A stretch of DNA of 63,311 nucleotides, from positions 1-63,311 of IMG/VR virus record IMGVR_UViG_3300017645_000202. One strand, written 5' to 3'. The notes under the pieces were generated by a model that was not told where the DNA came from, did not search any database, and saw nothing but the letters and a program-made list of their open reading frames with translations. The translations under genes and the position numbers were made by a program. Shown here piece by piece: positions 25,899-34,737 of this stretch. Source of the stretch: a virus. Lineage: Duplodnaviria > Caudoviricetes. The first letter of the stretch is position 1; each line of letters opens with the position of its first letter.

Positions 25899-26356
25899 GC
25901 GCTGGGGGTGAGATGAGGAGCGCCACGCCTATCACATGGGCAGAATCCCTCATGGGAATTGCCCGACACGCGGCGACCAAGAGTAAAGACGCAACGAAGG
26001 TGGGCGCCGTTCTGGTTGCTCCGGATCAGCGGACCACACTGTTCACGGCATTCAATGGCCCGCCGGCCGGTGTGCACGATACGCCGGAGCGGTTCGAGCG
26101 GCCGGAGAAGTATCGCTTCGCCTCCCATGCCGAGCAGAACATCGTGGCTTTTGCCGCCCGTCACGGCATCCGTACCGATGGATGCACCATCTACGTCACG
26201 CATCGCCCGTGTTCCGCGTGCGCACGATCGCTGATCCAGGCGGGTATCGCCAGGATTGTCTACGGAGACGGCTCCACGTCGATGCCGGCGGAGGAATTTG
26301 AAGCCGCGGCGGTGATGTTCGCCGAGGCAGGCGTCGCGTTTATGTCCGAGGTCTGA
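25895..26356 (+). CDS. dCMP deaminase
   Basis: SKD.TKVGAVL, HAEQN, PCSAC, LIQAGI. Confidence 0.92.
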   Translation: MSAGGEMRSATPITWAESLMGIARHAATKSKDATKVGAVLVAPDQRTTLFTAFNGPPAGVHDTPERFERPEKYRFASHAEQNIVAFAARHGIRTDGCTIYVTHRPCSACARSLIQAGIARIVYGDGSTSMPAEEFEAAAVMFAEAGVAFMSEV

Positions 26357-26430
26357 CAGAGAGATGAAGAGCTGGGGGCGCCACGGCGATGATCGAGTGA
26401 TCTGCCGGGTTAAGAGGGAAGAACAAATGA

Positions 26431-26550
26431 GCGGAGTGGAAGCAAAAGGCGCGTGCGTCCCATCCGGACAGGGGCGGCTCGACGGCAGCGATGGCGGAAA
26501 TCAACCGTGCGCGCGATGAGGCGCTGAAAGCGGCGGCGGAGCAACGGTGA
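26431..26550 (+). pseudogene. J-domain (DnaJ-like) remnant
   Basis: AEWKQKARASHPDRGGSTAAMAEINRARDEALK preceded by in-frame TGA (26428-26430); no start codon upstream of the HPD motif. Confidence 0.6.
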
Positions 26551-26927
26551 TGGTGCCTCTCGCCTGGCTGGCAGTGCTGCTGACCGTGACGGCCGCTGAC
26601 ATCCGCGTCATCGACGGCGATACCATCGCCGCCCACGGGGAGAACTGGCGGCTGTCTGGGTACGATACACCCGAGACAATATTCGCCCGCTGCGCGCGCG
26701 AGCGCATCCTCGGGCACGCCGCCACGCTTCGGCTGCGGGCGCTGATCGACGGCGCCGGGCACATCGAGATCGTCGCGCGGTCGGGGCGGGACCGCTACGG
26801 GCGCCGTCTCGGCGCGTTGCTGCTCGACGGCGAGGACGTTGCCGACATCATGATCGCGGAGGGGCTGGCGCGGCGCTACCGGGGCGGCCGGCGGCAGGGA
26901 TGGTGCGGGGACGGGTGGCCACGGTAA
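26550..26927 (+). CDS. Thermonuclease (SNase-like), with signal peptide
   Basis: VIDGDT, RLSGYDTPE, DRYGRRL. Confidence 0.9.
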   Translation: MVPLAWLAVLLTVTAADIRVIDGDTIAAHGENWRLSGYDTPETIFARCARERILGHAATLRLRALIDGAGHIEIVARSGRDRYGRRLGALLLDGEDVADIMIAEGLARRYRGGRRQGWCGDGWPR

Positions 26928-27272
26928 CGGTACGAGCGCATAAAGCTGGGGCTGGTGATTGGCGCCCCAGAGTCACGCGCGAGCAGAACTCGACGATGAT
27001 GCGCTGGGGGCGCCTCCGGTCTTCTTCTATGGAAGTCAGCCGGCGGAGCAACAATGATGGTGATGTTCGCCTGGCTGGGTCATCGACGGCTACGCTCTGG
27101 AGGGCGAGACCTATGGTTGTGCCTTTCCCGCCACACGAAAGCTGATTGGTACCCCCGGGGACATATTCATAACAAATTGTAAATCCCTGTACCCGGATCT
27201 AGCGTCAGGGGGAGAGGCGGCTTATATTGAGCGCACGTGTGTGCGCGTCCAACTTATGCTCGAGGTGGAGTT

Positions 27273-27596
27273 GTGACGGCAAAACCCCCCTTTAAGGGAA
27301 CTGCGCACCCCGATGACGCTAGCGAAGCCGCGATAGCGGAGCCGCAACTTCTCCAAGATATGCGGGTTAACCCGGCAGGCGATTGGAAGAAGAGAGATGT
27401 GGAGGCGCTATGTGATCAAATTGGTTTGACATGCAAAAATCCAAAACGCGGGTCACACTTTAAGGTGGTCAGTAACCTGCTGGGATATATTCTCACCATT
27501 CCGACCGCACGTCCTATCAAGGCGTGCTACATCCGCCAGCTCGTAAGAATGGCCATTGAACAATTAGCTGCTGTGCAGCACCGAAGGGACAAATAG
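27273..27596 (+). CDS. hicA: HicA-like toxin
   Basis: NP..DW...DVEALC..IG...GSHFKV...LTIP..RPIKACYIRQ; directly upstream of hicB. Confidence 0.75.
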   Translation: MTAKPPFKGTAHPDDASEAAIAEPQLLQDMRVNPAGDWKKRDVEALCDQIGLTCKNPKRGSHFKVVSNLLGYILTIPTARPIKACYIRQLVRMAIEQLAAVQHRRDK

Positions 27597-27598
27597 CG

Positions 27599-28021
27599 AT
27601 GGATAAGATCAGCTATCCGATCGTGATTACAGCAATAGACCAAGAAGATGGCGGTGGCTTCGTTGCCTACGTTCCAGATCTTCGCGGCTGTATGTCTGAC
27701 GGTGCAACCCACGAGGAGGCCGCGCGGAATATTGTTGACGCCATACGTGAATGGATCGACGAGGCGGAGGAATCTGGGATCCCTGTGCCTCAACCGGGCG
27801 ATTACGCGCGTGCCGCAGCAGAGGCGTGGAATCAATTAGCCGAGGTCGTCAAGAGCCAGGATAAGATTATTCAGGAGTTAGAGGGCGACTTGACGAATCT
27901 GCGGCGTAGAACAGCTCGCATTCTGGAATCGTACTGCGTTGAAGAAGATAGGTGGGAAACTTCCACCCGAGCAACATCGCAGGTCATTGCGAATCTTTGC
28001 CTTGAACGTTCCTTCAATTAG
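27599..28021 (+). CDS. hicB: HicB family antitoxin
   Basis: YPIVI...DGGGFVAYVPDLRGCMSDGATHEEA..N..DAI.EWI. Confidence 0.9.
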   Translation: MDKISYPIVITAIDQEDGGGFVAYVPDLRGCMSDGATHEEAARNIVDAIREWIDEAEESGIPVPQPGDYARAAAEAWNQLAEVVKSQDKIIQELEGDLTNLRRRTARILESYCVEEDRWETSTRATSQVIANLCLERSFN

Positions 28022-28079
28022 CGTGCAGCGATCTTAGGCGCTGGCGTTTTATTTGCGCGGTTCGTGACCGCACGACGCC

Positions 28080-28739
28080 ATGTGCAACCTCTACTCCCAG
28101 ACGCGGAACGTCGAAGCCATCCGGCGGCTGTTCCGCGTCTCCCATAACCGCGCCGCGGCGCTCGACCCGCTGCCGGCGATCTTCCCCGGCTATCGCGCGC
28201 CCATTGTCCGCCAAGCCGACGACGGCGAGCGCGAGCTCGTCATGCTCAACTGGGGCTTCATGCTCCTGCAAAAGGACCGCGCACCGCGCCGCGTCACCAA
28301 CGTGCGCGACGACAAGATCCTGACGAGCCCGTTCTGGCGGCCGTCGTTCGAGCAGCGTCGTTGCCTCGTGCCGGCGTCATCCTACTGCGAGCCGAAGGGC
28401 GTGAAGCCTGCCGTGTGGCACTGGTTTGCGCTGCATGGCGCGGAGCCGCGGCCGCTGTTCGCGTTCCCCGGCGTGTGGACGCGCTACCGCGGGCCTTTGA
28501 AGAAGGACGGCGAGCCGGTGGAGCAGCAGGTATTTGCCTTCATGACGACCGAGCCCAATGCCCTGACGGCCTCCATCAACCACGAGCGCATGCCGGTGCT
28601 GATCACCGATCCGGCCGACTTCGAGACCTGGCTGACGGCACCGCCGCAGGAAGCGTTCAAGCTGGCGCGCAGCTATGCCGCCGACCAGATGCTCATCGTG
28701 CAATCGGGCGCCGACCGGGAGGACCGGCTGGCGGCGTAA
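28080..28739 (+). CDS. SRAP/YedK-HMCES family abasic-site protection protein
   Basis: N-terminal MCNLY (Cys2), RRCLVPA, TTEPN, HERMPV. Confidence 0.92.
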   Translation: MCNLYSQTRNVEAIRRLFRVSHNRAAALDPLPAIFPGYRAPIVRQADDGERELVMLNWGFMLLQKDRAPRRVTNVRDDKILTSPFWRPSFEQRRCLVPASSYCEPKGVKPAVWHWFALHGAEPRPLFAFPGVWTRYRGPLKKDGEPVEQQVFAFMTTEPNALTASINHERMPVLITDPADFETWLTAPPQEAFKLARSYAADQMLIVQSGADREDRLAA

Positions 28740-28826
28740 AGGGTGAGGCACTCGGCACGCCACGTCCACGCGAAACCTTTTCTCTTTCGCGATGTTAAGG
28801 GAAGACGCCCTTCGCGGAGTGGCCCG

Positions 28827-29186
28827 ATGGCAGAAGACGCACCGATCAGCCTCGAAGAATACCTTGCGCGGCAGCTCGGCAGCGACGTGGTCTCGTCACT
28901 GCCGTTCCGCGAAGCGCTGGCGTGCTACCGCGCGCTGCACGGCAAGCGGCGGCCCTACACGGGACCGGCCTTCGAGCTGTCCCCGGTGGCCATCAGGCCG
29001 GCACGGGTTGGCGAGGGCTTCGAGGCGGAGCTGCGCGGCGACAGCCTGATCAACGGCGAGGGCGGCTACTGGATCTCCATCGTTGGCTGGGGCGGCACCG
29101 AGGACGAGGCGCGGGCCAGCCTCGGCGTTGCGCTCGTCAACCTGATCGAGGATGCCGCCGCGATCGCCACCGGCGGCCAACGGTAG
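28827..29186 (+). CDS. Hypothetical protein
   Basis: GGAG RBS; lies between the SRAP and ligase genes. Confidence 0.6.
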   Translation: MAEDAPISLEEYLARQLGSDVVSSLPFREALACYRALHGKRRPYTGPAFELSPVAIRPARVGEGFEAELRGDSLINGEGGYWISIVGWGGTEDEARASLGVALVNLIEDAAAIATGGQR

Positions 29187-29196
29187 GGAACCGCCC

Positions 29197-29904
29197 GTGC
29201 CGCCGCGCCGCTCAACCCACCGTTCGCCGGCGCGCTTCCTGGGCCGTGTCGTCGAGGGCGCGGGAGCTGGGCCGTTTCCGGGCTTCGTGCAGCCCTGCCG
29301 GCCCACCGAGCGCAGCGAACCGCCCTCAGGCGAAGTCTGGCTGCACGAGATCAAGCACGACGGCTACCGCGTGCAGGCACACGTGCGCGAGGGCGAGCCG
29401 CGGCTCTACACGATGAACGGCCACGACTGGACCGCGCGCATGCCGGCGCTCGCCGCCTCGGTGCGTGCGCTCCCGGTCAACAACGTCATCCTCGATGGCG
29501 AGGTCGTCGCGGTGGATGCCAAGGGGCTGCCGTCGTTCTTCGAGCTGCCGTCGGCGCTGGGCGTTCCCACGCGCGTAAAAGGGCGGCTCGTCTACTATGC
29601 GTTCGACATGCTCTATCTCGACGGGTTCGATCTGCGCGGCGCGGCGCTCGTCGACCGCAAGCGTGTGCTGGACGCGCTGCTCGTGAACACGCGCGGGGTG
29701 CAGCTCGTCAAATACGTCGAACACATCGAGGGCGATGGCGCCGTCGTGCTGGAGCACGCCTGCAAGCTCGGGCTCGAAGGCATCGTCTCGAAGCTGGCGG
29801 ACAGCAAATACCGTTCCGGCCTGCGCCGGGAATGGATCAAGACCAAATGCTCCGCCTGGAAATACGCCAACCGGACCCGGTTCGAGAAGATGCGGGGGCG
29901 GTGA
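29197..29904 (+). CDS. ATP-dependent DNA ligase adenylation domain (LigD-like, no OB fold)
   Basis: WLHEIKHDGYR, ILDGE, AFDML, LEGIVSK, WIKTK; ends soon after motif V; alternative start 29152. Confidence 0.88.
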   Translation: MPPRRSTHRSPARFLGRVVEGAGAGPFPGFVQPCRPTERSEPPSGEVWLHEIKHDGYRVQAHVREGEPRLYTMNGHDWTARMPALAASVRALPVNNVILDGEVVAVDAKGLPSFFELPSALGVPTRVKGRLVYYAFDMLYLDGFDLRGAALVDRKRVLDALLVNTRGVQLVKYVEHIEGDGAVVLEHACKLGLEGIVSKLADSKYRSGLRREWIKTKCSAWKYANRTRFEKMRGR

Positions 29905-29929
29905 CTCAGGGGCCGCCAGCCTTCGCCAG

Positions 29930-29959
29930 TTGACAGGAACAAAGCAGGAACAATATCCT
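29930..29959 (+). promoter_or_regulatory. Sigma70 promoter overlapped by an alphaproteobacterial LexA (SOS) box
   Basis: TTGACA (29930-29935), GAAC-AAAGCAG-GAAC (29937-29951), TATCCT (29954-29959). Confidence 0.8.
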
Positions 29960-29990
29960 CGCGCCATCGAGGCAACGGCACGGGGGCGTC

Positions 29991-30164
29991 ATGCGCGTTT
30001 ACGAGTTCAAGCGGGAACGGGAAGTGGCAATCACCCTGGTGCGAGACGGCAGCAATTTGCCGGGCGGTCTCGTCTGGGAGCCGACGTGCGTCGTCGATTC
30101 ACAGAGCCTGCGGGACGACATCGCGGAGGTGGTCAGAAGCGTCGGGTTTTTCGTGTGGGCGTGA
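29991..30164 (+). CDS. Small hypothetical protein (57 aa), likely SOS-regulated
   Basis: Hand translation MRVYEFKREREVAITLVRDGSNLPGG...; G-rich RBS. Confidence 0.6.
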   Translation: MRVYEFKREREVAITLVRDGSNLPGGLVWEPTCVVDSQSLRDDIAEVVRSVGFFVWA

Positions 30165-30179
30165 GGAAGACGGAGTCGC

Positions 30180-30494
30180 ATGAGTACCGAACCCACAGGC
30201 CCCGTCACAGTTGGGATGCTGCGCGCCGAGGGTAAGCGTCTGCACATCATCTGCGGCTCATGCTGGCGCGATCGCGAGCCGCGCATGGACAAGCCGCCAT
30301 TCGACGCCTGGCGCGACGATCTCGCCGTCCCGGAGATCAGCGCACGCAAGCTCATCTCGTGCGGCGTATGCGGAGAAAGGGAGCGCATCTGGGTGCAGAC
30401 GGAGAGCGCGGGCGCCACGCCAGCAGACAGACTGAAATGGGGTTGGACCGAGGAAGAGGTCAAAGCAGCGGGGAAGACGATGGGACTGCGGTGA
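30180..30494 (+). CDS. Zinc-ribbon protein (paralog of 20625-20924)
   Basis: CGSC...CGVC; WGWTEEE. Confidence 0.7.
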   Translation: MSTEPTGPVTVGMLRAEGKRLHIICGSCWRDREPRMDKPPFDAWRDDLAVPEISARKLISCGVCGERERIWVQTESAGATPADRLKWGWTEEEVKAAGKTMGLR

Positions 30495-30511
30495 AGAGCT
30501 TAACGGCTGCA

Positions 30512-30772
30512 TTAACGCGGCTGAGCGCCCAGCTGATCACCGCTCTTGGGATCCAGATAGATTTTCTTCTTCGTTCCAGTCTTTGTGTAAAATTTGACCT
30601 CTAAGGCGTTGCCCTCCCACTCCACTTCGTCGATGTATCCGAAATCGGGGGTCTTTTCGATGCTTTGCAGCAGTTCGCTGACCGGTTTTGAGCCTGGAGG
30701 GGGCGGAGGGTCCGCGAATGCTGTCGTACTGTAAAACCCGATCAGTAGGGCGGGTGCTGCCAGGATGCGCAT
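30512..30772 (-). CDS. Secreted PepSY-like protein
   Basis: Signal peptide; IDEVEWEG..LEVKF....KIYLDPKSG. Confidence 0.75.
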   Translation of the reverse strand: MRILAAPALLIGFYSTTAFADPPPPPGSKPVSELLQSIEKTPDFGYIDEVEWEGNALEVKFYTKTGTKKKIYLDPKSGDQLGAQPR

Positions 30773-31032
30773 AGCATGATCCTTTGGATGAACTGTTCAA
30801 CAGCCGGTCAACCGCCAACAACGAGTCGAGTTCCACGTTTGGACGGTATTCGAGTTCGTCGATGGCCAGCGACGTCGCTATTTCGCAACAGCGCCGCGGC
30901 GAACGCAGCGTCGGCGTCCACCCAACCTTGTCCATGGCCCGTGACCGTCGTCGAGCACGCCGCTAGAGCAAAAACCCCGGCGCTGGGGGCACCAGCACCG
31001 GGGCAACTATTAGAAAATCTCGAATAGTTCGA

Positions 31033-32139
31033 TTACGTCGTTTCGAGCGCCTTGCAGCGCCCGCGCACCGTTCTCGCCGGGATGAGGCCGGCGGCCTCCC
31101 ACTCGCGGACCCACTCCGACATCGTCGACTTGGCGACGCCGTACCGTTCGCGCAGCTCGTCCTGCGAGCCGAACCGTTCGCCGAGGGCAAGACGCGTCAG
31201 CAGGTCGGCAATGGCCTCGTTCTTGGTGTAGCCGCCGCGGCGTGGACGGTTGGGACGGTTCGGCGAACCGTTCGGCTGGCGAACCGTCGTGCCGCCGCCG
31301 CCCTTATCCGAACCGTTCGGCGCTGGGGCGGGTTCGGCGAACCGTTCACGCAGGGCGGTGAGTTCGGCATCGGAGACCGAACCCAGAGCGGTGGGCGTCG
31401 TAACGGCCTTCTCGGGGCCCCACGCGCGTAGGGTTGGCGTGGCGGCTACGCGCGTGGGGGCAAATGGCCGGAACGCGTAGTGCAGGCTCATCGTAAAGCC
31501 GAACTCGAACAGGATGGTGATGAAGTAAGGCATCACCAGCATGCTCAGCGCCTTCGCCTTTGTGCCGTTGCGGCCGAGCGCGTTGGCGAGGTTGGCGAAG
31601 GCTTCGGCGGAAGCATCCACCGGCTTTGGAGTTTCGAGGCGGGCGATGCGTGCTTCATAGCCCTCCGCGCTGTTCTCGTAGAACGCCACGGTCGCCCGTG
31701 CCGCCCGGCACTTCGGGCCTTCGCCTGTGGCGCATTCCTTGTCGGCCACGGCCCGCTTCTCGGCGATGGCGGCGCGATCGCGAGCCAGAGAAGCTTCAAG
31801 ACCGCTGCGTTGGGATATGATTTTGTCGTAACCCTCACTCGCCATCATCACTCCCTCGGTCTGCCGCCCGAGCGAATTCCACACGATGACGGCAGAGCCG
31901 GCGAGGGCGAGCAGGAGAAAGCCGATACCTGCGCCGACGTGCCACTTTTTGAATGCGCTGGTGCATACCATCCACGCCAGTGTGGTGGCGGCGACGATGG
32001 TGATGGTCTGGAAGTGCTTCTGGGTGAACGCGGCGTCGCCGAAGATGACGTCGCCGAAGAGGAGAGACGTGCCGCCGGCGCCGAGCGCCACCGCGCACAC
32101 GATTGCGGCCAGGCGGCCGCCTATGTTATCGATGGTCAT
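31033..32139 (-). CDS. Multi-TM coiled-coil protein with C-terminal HTH
   Basis: Three N-terminal TM segments, coiled coil, fourth TM, linker, SQDELRERYGVAKSTMSEWVREW HTH. Confidence 0.8.
   Translation of the reverse strand: MTIDNIGGRLAAIVCAVALGAGGTSLLFGDVIFGDAAFTQKHFQTITIVAATTLAWMVCTSAFKKWHVGAGIGFLLLALAGSAVIVWNSLGRQTEGVMMASEGYDKIISQRSGLEASLARDRAAIAEKRAVADKECATGEGPKCRAARATVAFYENSAEGYEARIARLETPKPVDASAEAFANLANALGRNGTKAKALSMLVMPYFITILFEFGFTMSLHYAFRPFAPTRVAATPTLRAWGPEKAVTTPTALGSVSDAELTALRERFAEPAPAPNGSDKGGGGTTVRQPNGSPNRPNRPRRGGYTKNEAIADLLTRLALGERFGSQDELRERYGVAKSTMSEWVREWEAAGLIPARTVRGRCKALETT
31141..31347. repeat. Cluster of GAACCGTTC palindromes inside the ORF
   Basis: CGAACCGTTC at about 31170, 31264, 31309 and 31338 plus variants; 17-bp direct repeat GGTTCGGCGAACCGTTC at 31257 and 31331. 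Confidence 0.7.
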
Positions 32140-32174
32140 AGCAATGTTCCTTGCAGAGGTTCGTTGCGGTTCAG

Positions 32175-32209
32175 AGCCCGGGGCGGTGCCAGCCGCTTCC
32201 GGGCTTTTT
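32175..32209 (+). terminator. Terminator-like hairpin
   Basis: AGCCCGG...CCGGGCT followed by TTTT; the T tract is opposite to the flanking genes. Confidence 0.45.
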
Positions 32210-32225
32210 GTGTTTCTGATGGGCC

Positions 32226-32402
32226 TCAGTGTTCATGCTTCCAGTCCGCCCATGCCATCAGTGCCAAGACGGGCGCGTTGAAAGCGTTGAGAGTGAGCAT
32301 AATGCGCACGCCCGTTCCCACGTCGGACGTGAACGCCGCCGGGAGGAACAGGACCGACAGGGCTGCGAAGATCGTGAAGGTGATTGCGAGAAAGAGGTTC
32401 AT
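32226..32402 (-). CDS. Small membrane protein (58 aa)
   Basis: Hand translation MNLFLAITFTIFAALSVLFLPAAF...; GGAG RBS. Confidence 0.55.
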   Translation of the reverse strand: MNLFLAITFTIFAALSVLFLPAAFTSDVGTGVRIMLTLNAFNAPVLALMAWADWKHEH

Positions 32403-32444
32403 CTAAATACTCCATGTGCTTGGCTGACTTCATAAATATAGCAT

Positions 32445-32538
32445 TCGCGTATATACGCGACAATACCCGCAATTACGTTCCCCTTCTTATTATTCGATCA
32501 CATTTTCGTGAATTGACGCGTGATGTCGTGTATATACG
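32445..32538. promoter_or_regulatory. Divergent promoter region with palindromic operators
   Basis: TCGCGTATATACGCGA perfect palindrome (32445-32460); CGTGTATATACG downstream of TTGACG (32513). Confidence 0.6.
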
Positions 32539-32547
32539 GTCGCGCAC

Positions 32548-32703
32548 ATGGAAAAGAAGCGCATTCCCATTTCGTTGAAGCTGCCGCCGGATCTATTGGA
32601 AAAGCTGGATGCCTACTGCAAGAAGCAGCCGCATCCGCCGACGCGCACGCAGGTCATCGAGGACGCGATTCGAGCCATCGTGGAGAAGGGGAAGCGCAAA
32701 TGA
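32548..32703 (+). CDS. Ribbon-helix-helix (CopG/Arc-like) regulator (51 aa)
   Basis: Hand translation MEKKRIPISLKLPPDLLEKLDAYCKKQPHPPTRTQVIEDAIRAIVEK. Confidence 0.8.
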   Translation: MEKKRIPISLKLPPDLLEKLDAYCKKQPHPPTRTQVIEDAIRAIVEKGKRK

Positions 32704-33053
32704 AGTGGTGGATTGTCGGATCCATGGTGGCAGCTGCATCGGTTGCGCCAGCTGGAGCCGGCGACTTTCCAGAAGAGTGTTACGGAGCGTATGCTGTTGC
32801 GGTCCTCGGAACGGTCATGAAGTCCTGTCCGGACCTCCGGGTCACGGCAGCGGGACTGAAACTGGTCACTGCGGCGGGGAAACAGTCTGCGTTCAAGAGG
32901 TGCCAGCCGAAAGCCAAGTCGCGGCTGATGTTCGAGATGGTTCTGCTGTTGTCGTCCGTCGACGGTGACGAGACCATCGGAGCGCGCCTCTGGTGCGATC
33001 AGACGCTTGCTGCGCTGGAATCCAACGGGCCTGATCTGGTGGAGCGGCGATAA
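32700..33053 (+). CDS. Secreted Cys-containing hypothetical protein
   Basis: Signal peptide MKWWIVGSMVAAASVAPAGA. Confidence 0.65.
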   Translation: MKWWIVGSMVAAASVAPAGAGDFPEECYGAYAVAVLGTVMKSCPDLRVTAAGLKLVTAAGKQSAFKRCQPKAKSRLMFEMVLLLSSVDGDETIGARLWCDQTLAALESNGPDLVERR

Positions 33054-33264
33054 CGCCAAATGCATCGGAAGTTGGCCGCCGCATCCTCTGCGAGTGCGAG
33101 GCGGTCATCGTCGTCCCGTCGGCGGAATAACAGGCCCCGACAAAGCGCAACAGAATATTCGCCGTGGCGCTGGGCAGCCAGCGAGACCGTTGTATAGTGC
33201 TCGCAGGTGACATTAGGCGCACTGATTTTTTCGCACTGATATTGCGGCCCGTTCGGGGGGCAAC

Positions 33265-33657
33265 ATGTTGAAATGGGCTACGCTGCCGACAGCGTTTTCA
33301 CTCGTCGTGCTGGCAGGCTGCGCAACGGTGCTGGAAGGCACCAGCCAGACAATCACGGTGGATGTGGCTCCGCCCAGCGGCATTTGCGAGGTGCGACGAC
33401 AGGGGGAATACCTCGGTACATCTACGCCGCAGCGGCGAGCTGTGACGGTCGGCAAATCACAGCATGATCTGGAATTTACATGCTCGGCGCCAGGTTACCA
33501 GACGAAGACTGAGACGCTGAGCTCTGCAATGGCGGCGGCAACAGTGGCAAGCTTCTTCCTGCTCGATCTCGGGATTGTCGATGCGGCAACCGGTGCCTGG
33601 AAGAAGTATCCGGACCGCGTCGGGATCATGCTGGTGCCCGTAGTTGGCGATCGATAG
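33265..33657 (+). CDS. Lipoprotein
   Basis: LAGC lipobox; GCATVLEGTSQTITV...VDAATGAWKKYP. Confidence 0.8.
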   Translation: MLKWATLPTAFSLVVLAGCATVLEGTSQTITVDVAPPSGICEVRRQGEYLGTSTPQRRAVTVGKSQHDLEFTCSAPGYQTKTETLSSAMAAATVASFFLLDLGIVDAATGAWKKYPDRVGIMLVPVVGDR

Positions 33658-33690
33658 CGTGCAGAGAAATGCAAAAAAGGGAGAAGCGTG

Positions 33691-34002
33691 ATGGCGGGGG
33701 AAACGGTGACGCGCAGGATGATCGAGAAGCGCAAGCGCGGCGTCTTCGGATGGCTGTTCCTGCTGATCTTTTGGGGCTGGAACGCGCTGATGGCGTGGGC
33801 GGTGTTAGCCGGCGCTGGGGCAACGGATTGTGCGCGGTATGCATCTGAAGCCGAGCGCACTGGCTGCCAGGCGGGTACTGGCATCGGCATCATGATGCTG
33901 CTCGTATTCTGGGCGGTCGGCTCGGTCGTATTCGGATTGTTGGCCTATTTTGCGCGCGGCAGGAAGGAGCTGATCGAGGTGACGACGCAGGCCGGGCGGT
34001 AG
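33691..34002 (+). CDS. Two-TM membrane protein
   Basis: EKRKRGVFGWLFLLIFWGWNALM... Confidence 0.75.
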   Translation: MAGETVTRRMIEKRKRGVFGWLFLLIFWGWNALMAWAVLAGAGATDCARYASEAERTGCQAGTGIGIMMLLVFWAVGSVVFGLLAYFARGRKELIEVTTQAGR

Positions 34003-34185
34003 AGGCGGCGGCGCGCTGGCGATGCCGCCTTCGCGTGGAATTTGAGCGCTAGGAACGTTGACTGCTCCCTGATGCAGGCGTTTCTTGGCGAACATCGGCG
34101 ACCGCGACTCGACTTCGTGAAGGATCTGGCGCGGCTTCCCGGCGGGCGGAAGAGTAGAGGTTCATACAATTATTTTGAGGGATCA

Positions 34186-34722
34186 ATGAAGCTTAGCGAT
34201 GGTGAAAAGCTCATTCTGGTGATGCTGACGGATCTGTACGAGAAGCTTGGCATTGATAGCGGCATCGACGCGAAGCTTGTGCGGGCAGCCGTCTATTCAG
34301 GCAATGAATGGGGGCTGAAACAGGGTCTCCCAGGGGTCTTCAGCGACAGGACGATTGACCCAAGTCTCGTAACCGAGGTCGGCAACATCCTTCAGATGTG
34401 GTGGGGGCTAGAAGAGGCGTATGCAAGACTAACCCCCGAGGAGAAGAAGCGTGTTGATAAGGCGATAGACCCGTTCAGTGTCCAGTTTGACGGTTTCGAC
34501 GGCAACAACGAAAGCGAGCACCTGAGCATCGCACACTTCGTGATTAATCAGCTGAATCAGTTTGGGCACTTTAAAGGCCGCGCAATGAATTCTCACAGCC
34601 CATCTCTGGCACCATCGAGGCGAATGCTAAGTGCATACGATAGCATGCTCCAGCAAAACGACGGTCGACGCATGAATGGCGACGATATTATCGCGGTCGT
34701 AAATGCGAGAAGGTGTCAGTGA
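34186..34722 (+). CDS. yfbU: YfbU/UPF0304 family protein
   Basis: MKLSDGEKLIL, ILQMW, FDGFDGNNE, NSHSP....RRML. Confidence 0.88.
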   Translation: MKLSDGEKLILVMLTDLYEKLGIDSGIDAKLVRAAVYSGNEWGLKQGLPGVFSDRTIDPSLVTEVGNILQMWWGLEEAYARLTPEEKKRVDKAIDPFSVQFDGFDGNNESEHLSIAHFVINQLNQFGHFKGRAMNSHSPSLAPSRRMLSAYDSMLQQNDGRRMNGDDIIAVVNARRCQ

Positions 34723-34737
34723 TGGTCAAACGGATCG

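Noticed and set aside
31257-31347. GTTC...GTTC pairs as LexA boxes
   Set aside because: Spacing is N8 rather than N7 and the sites are intragenic.
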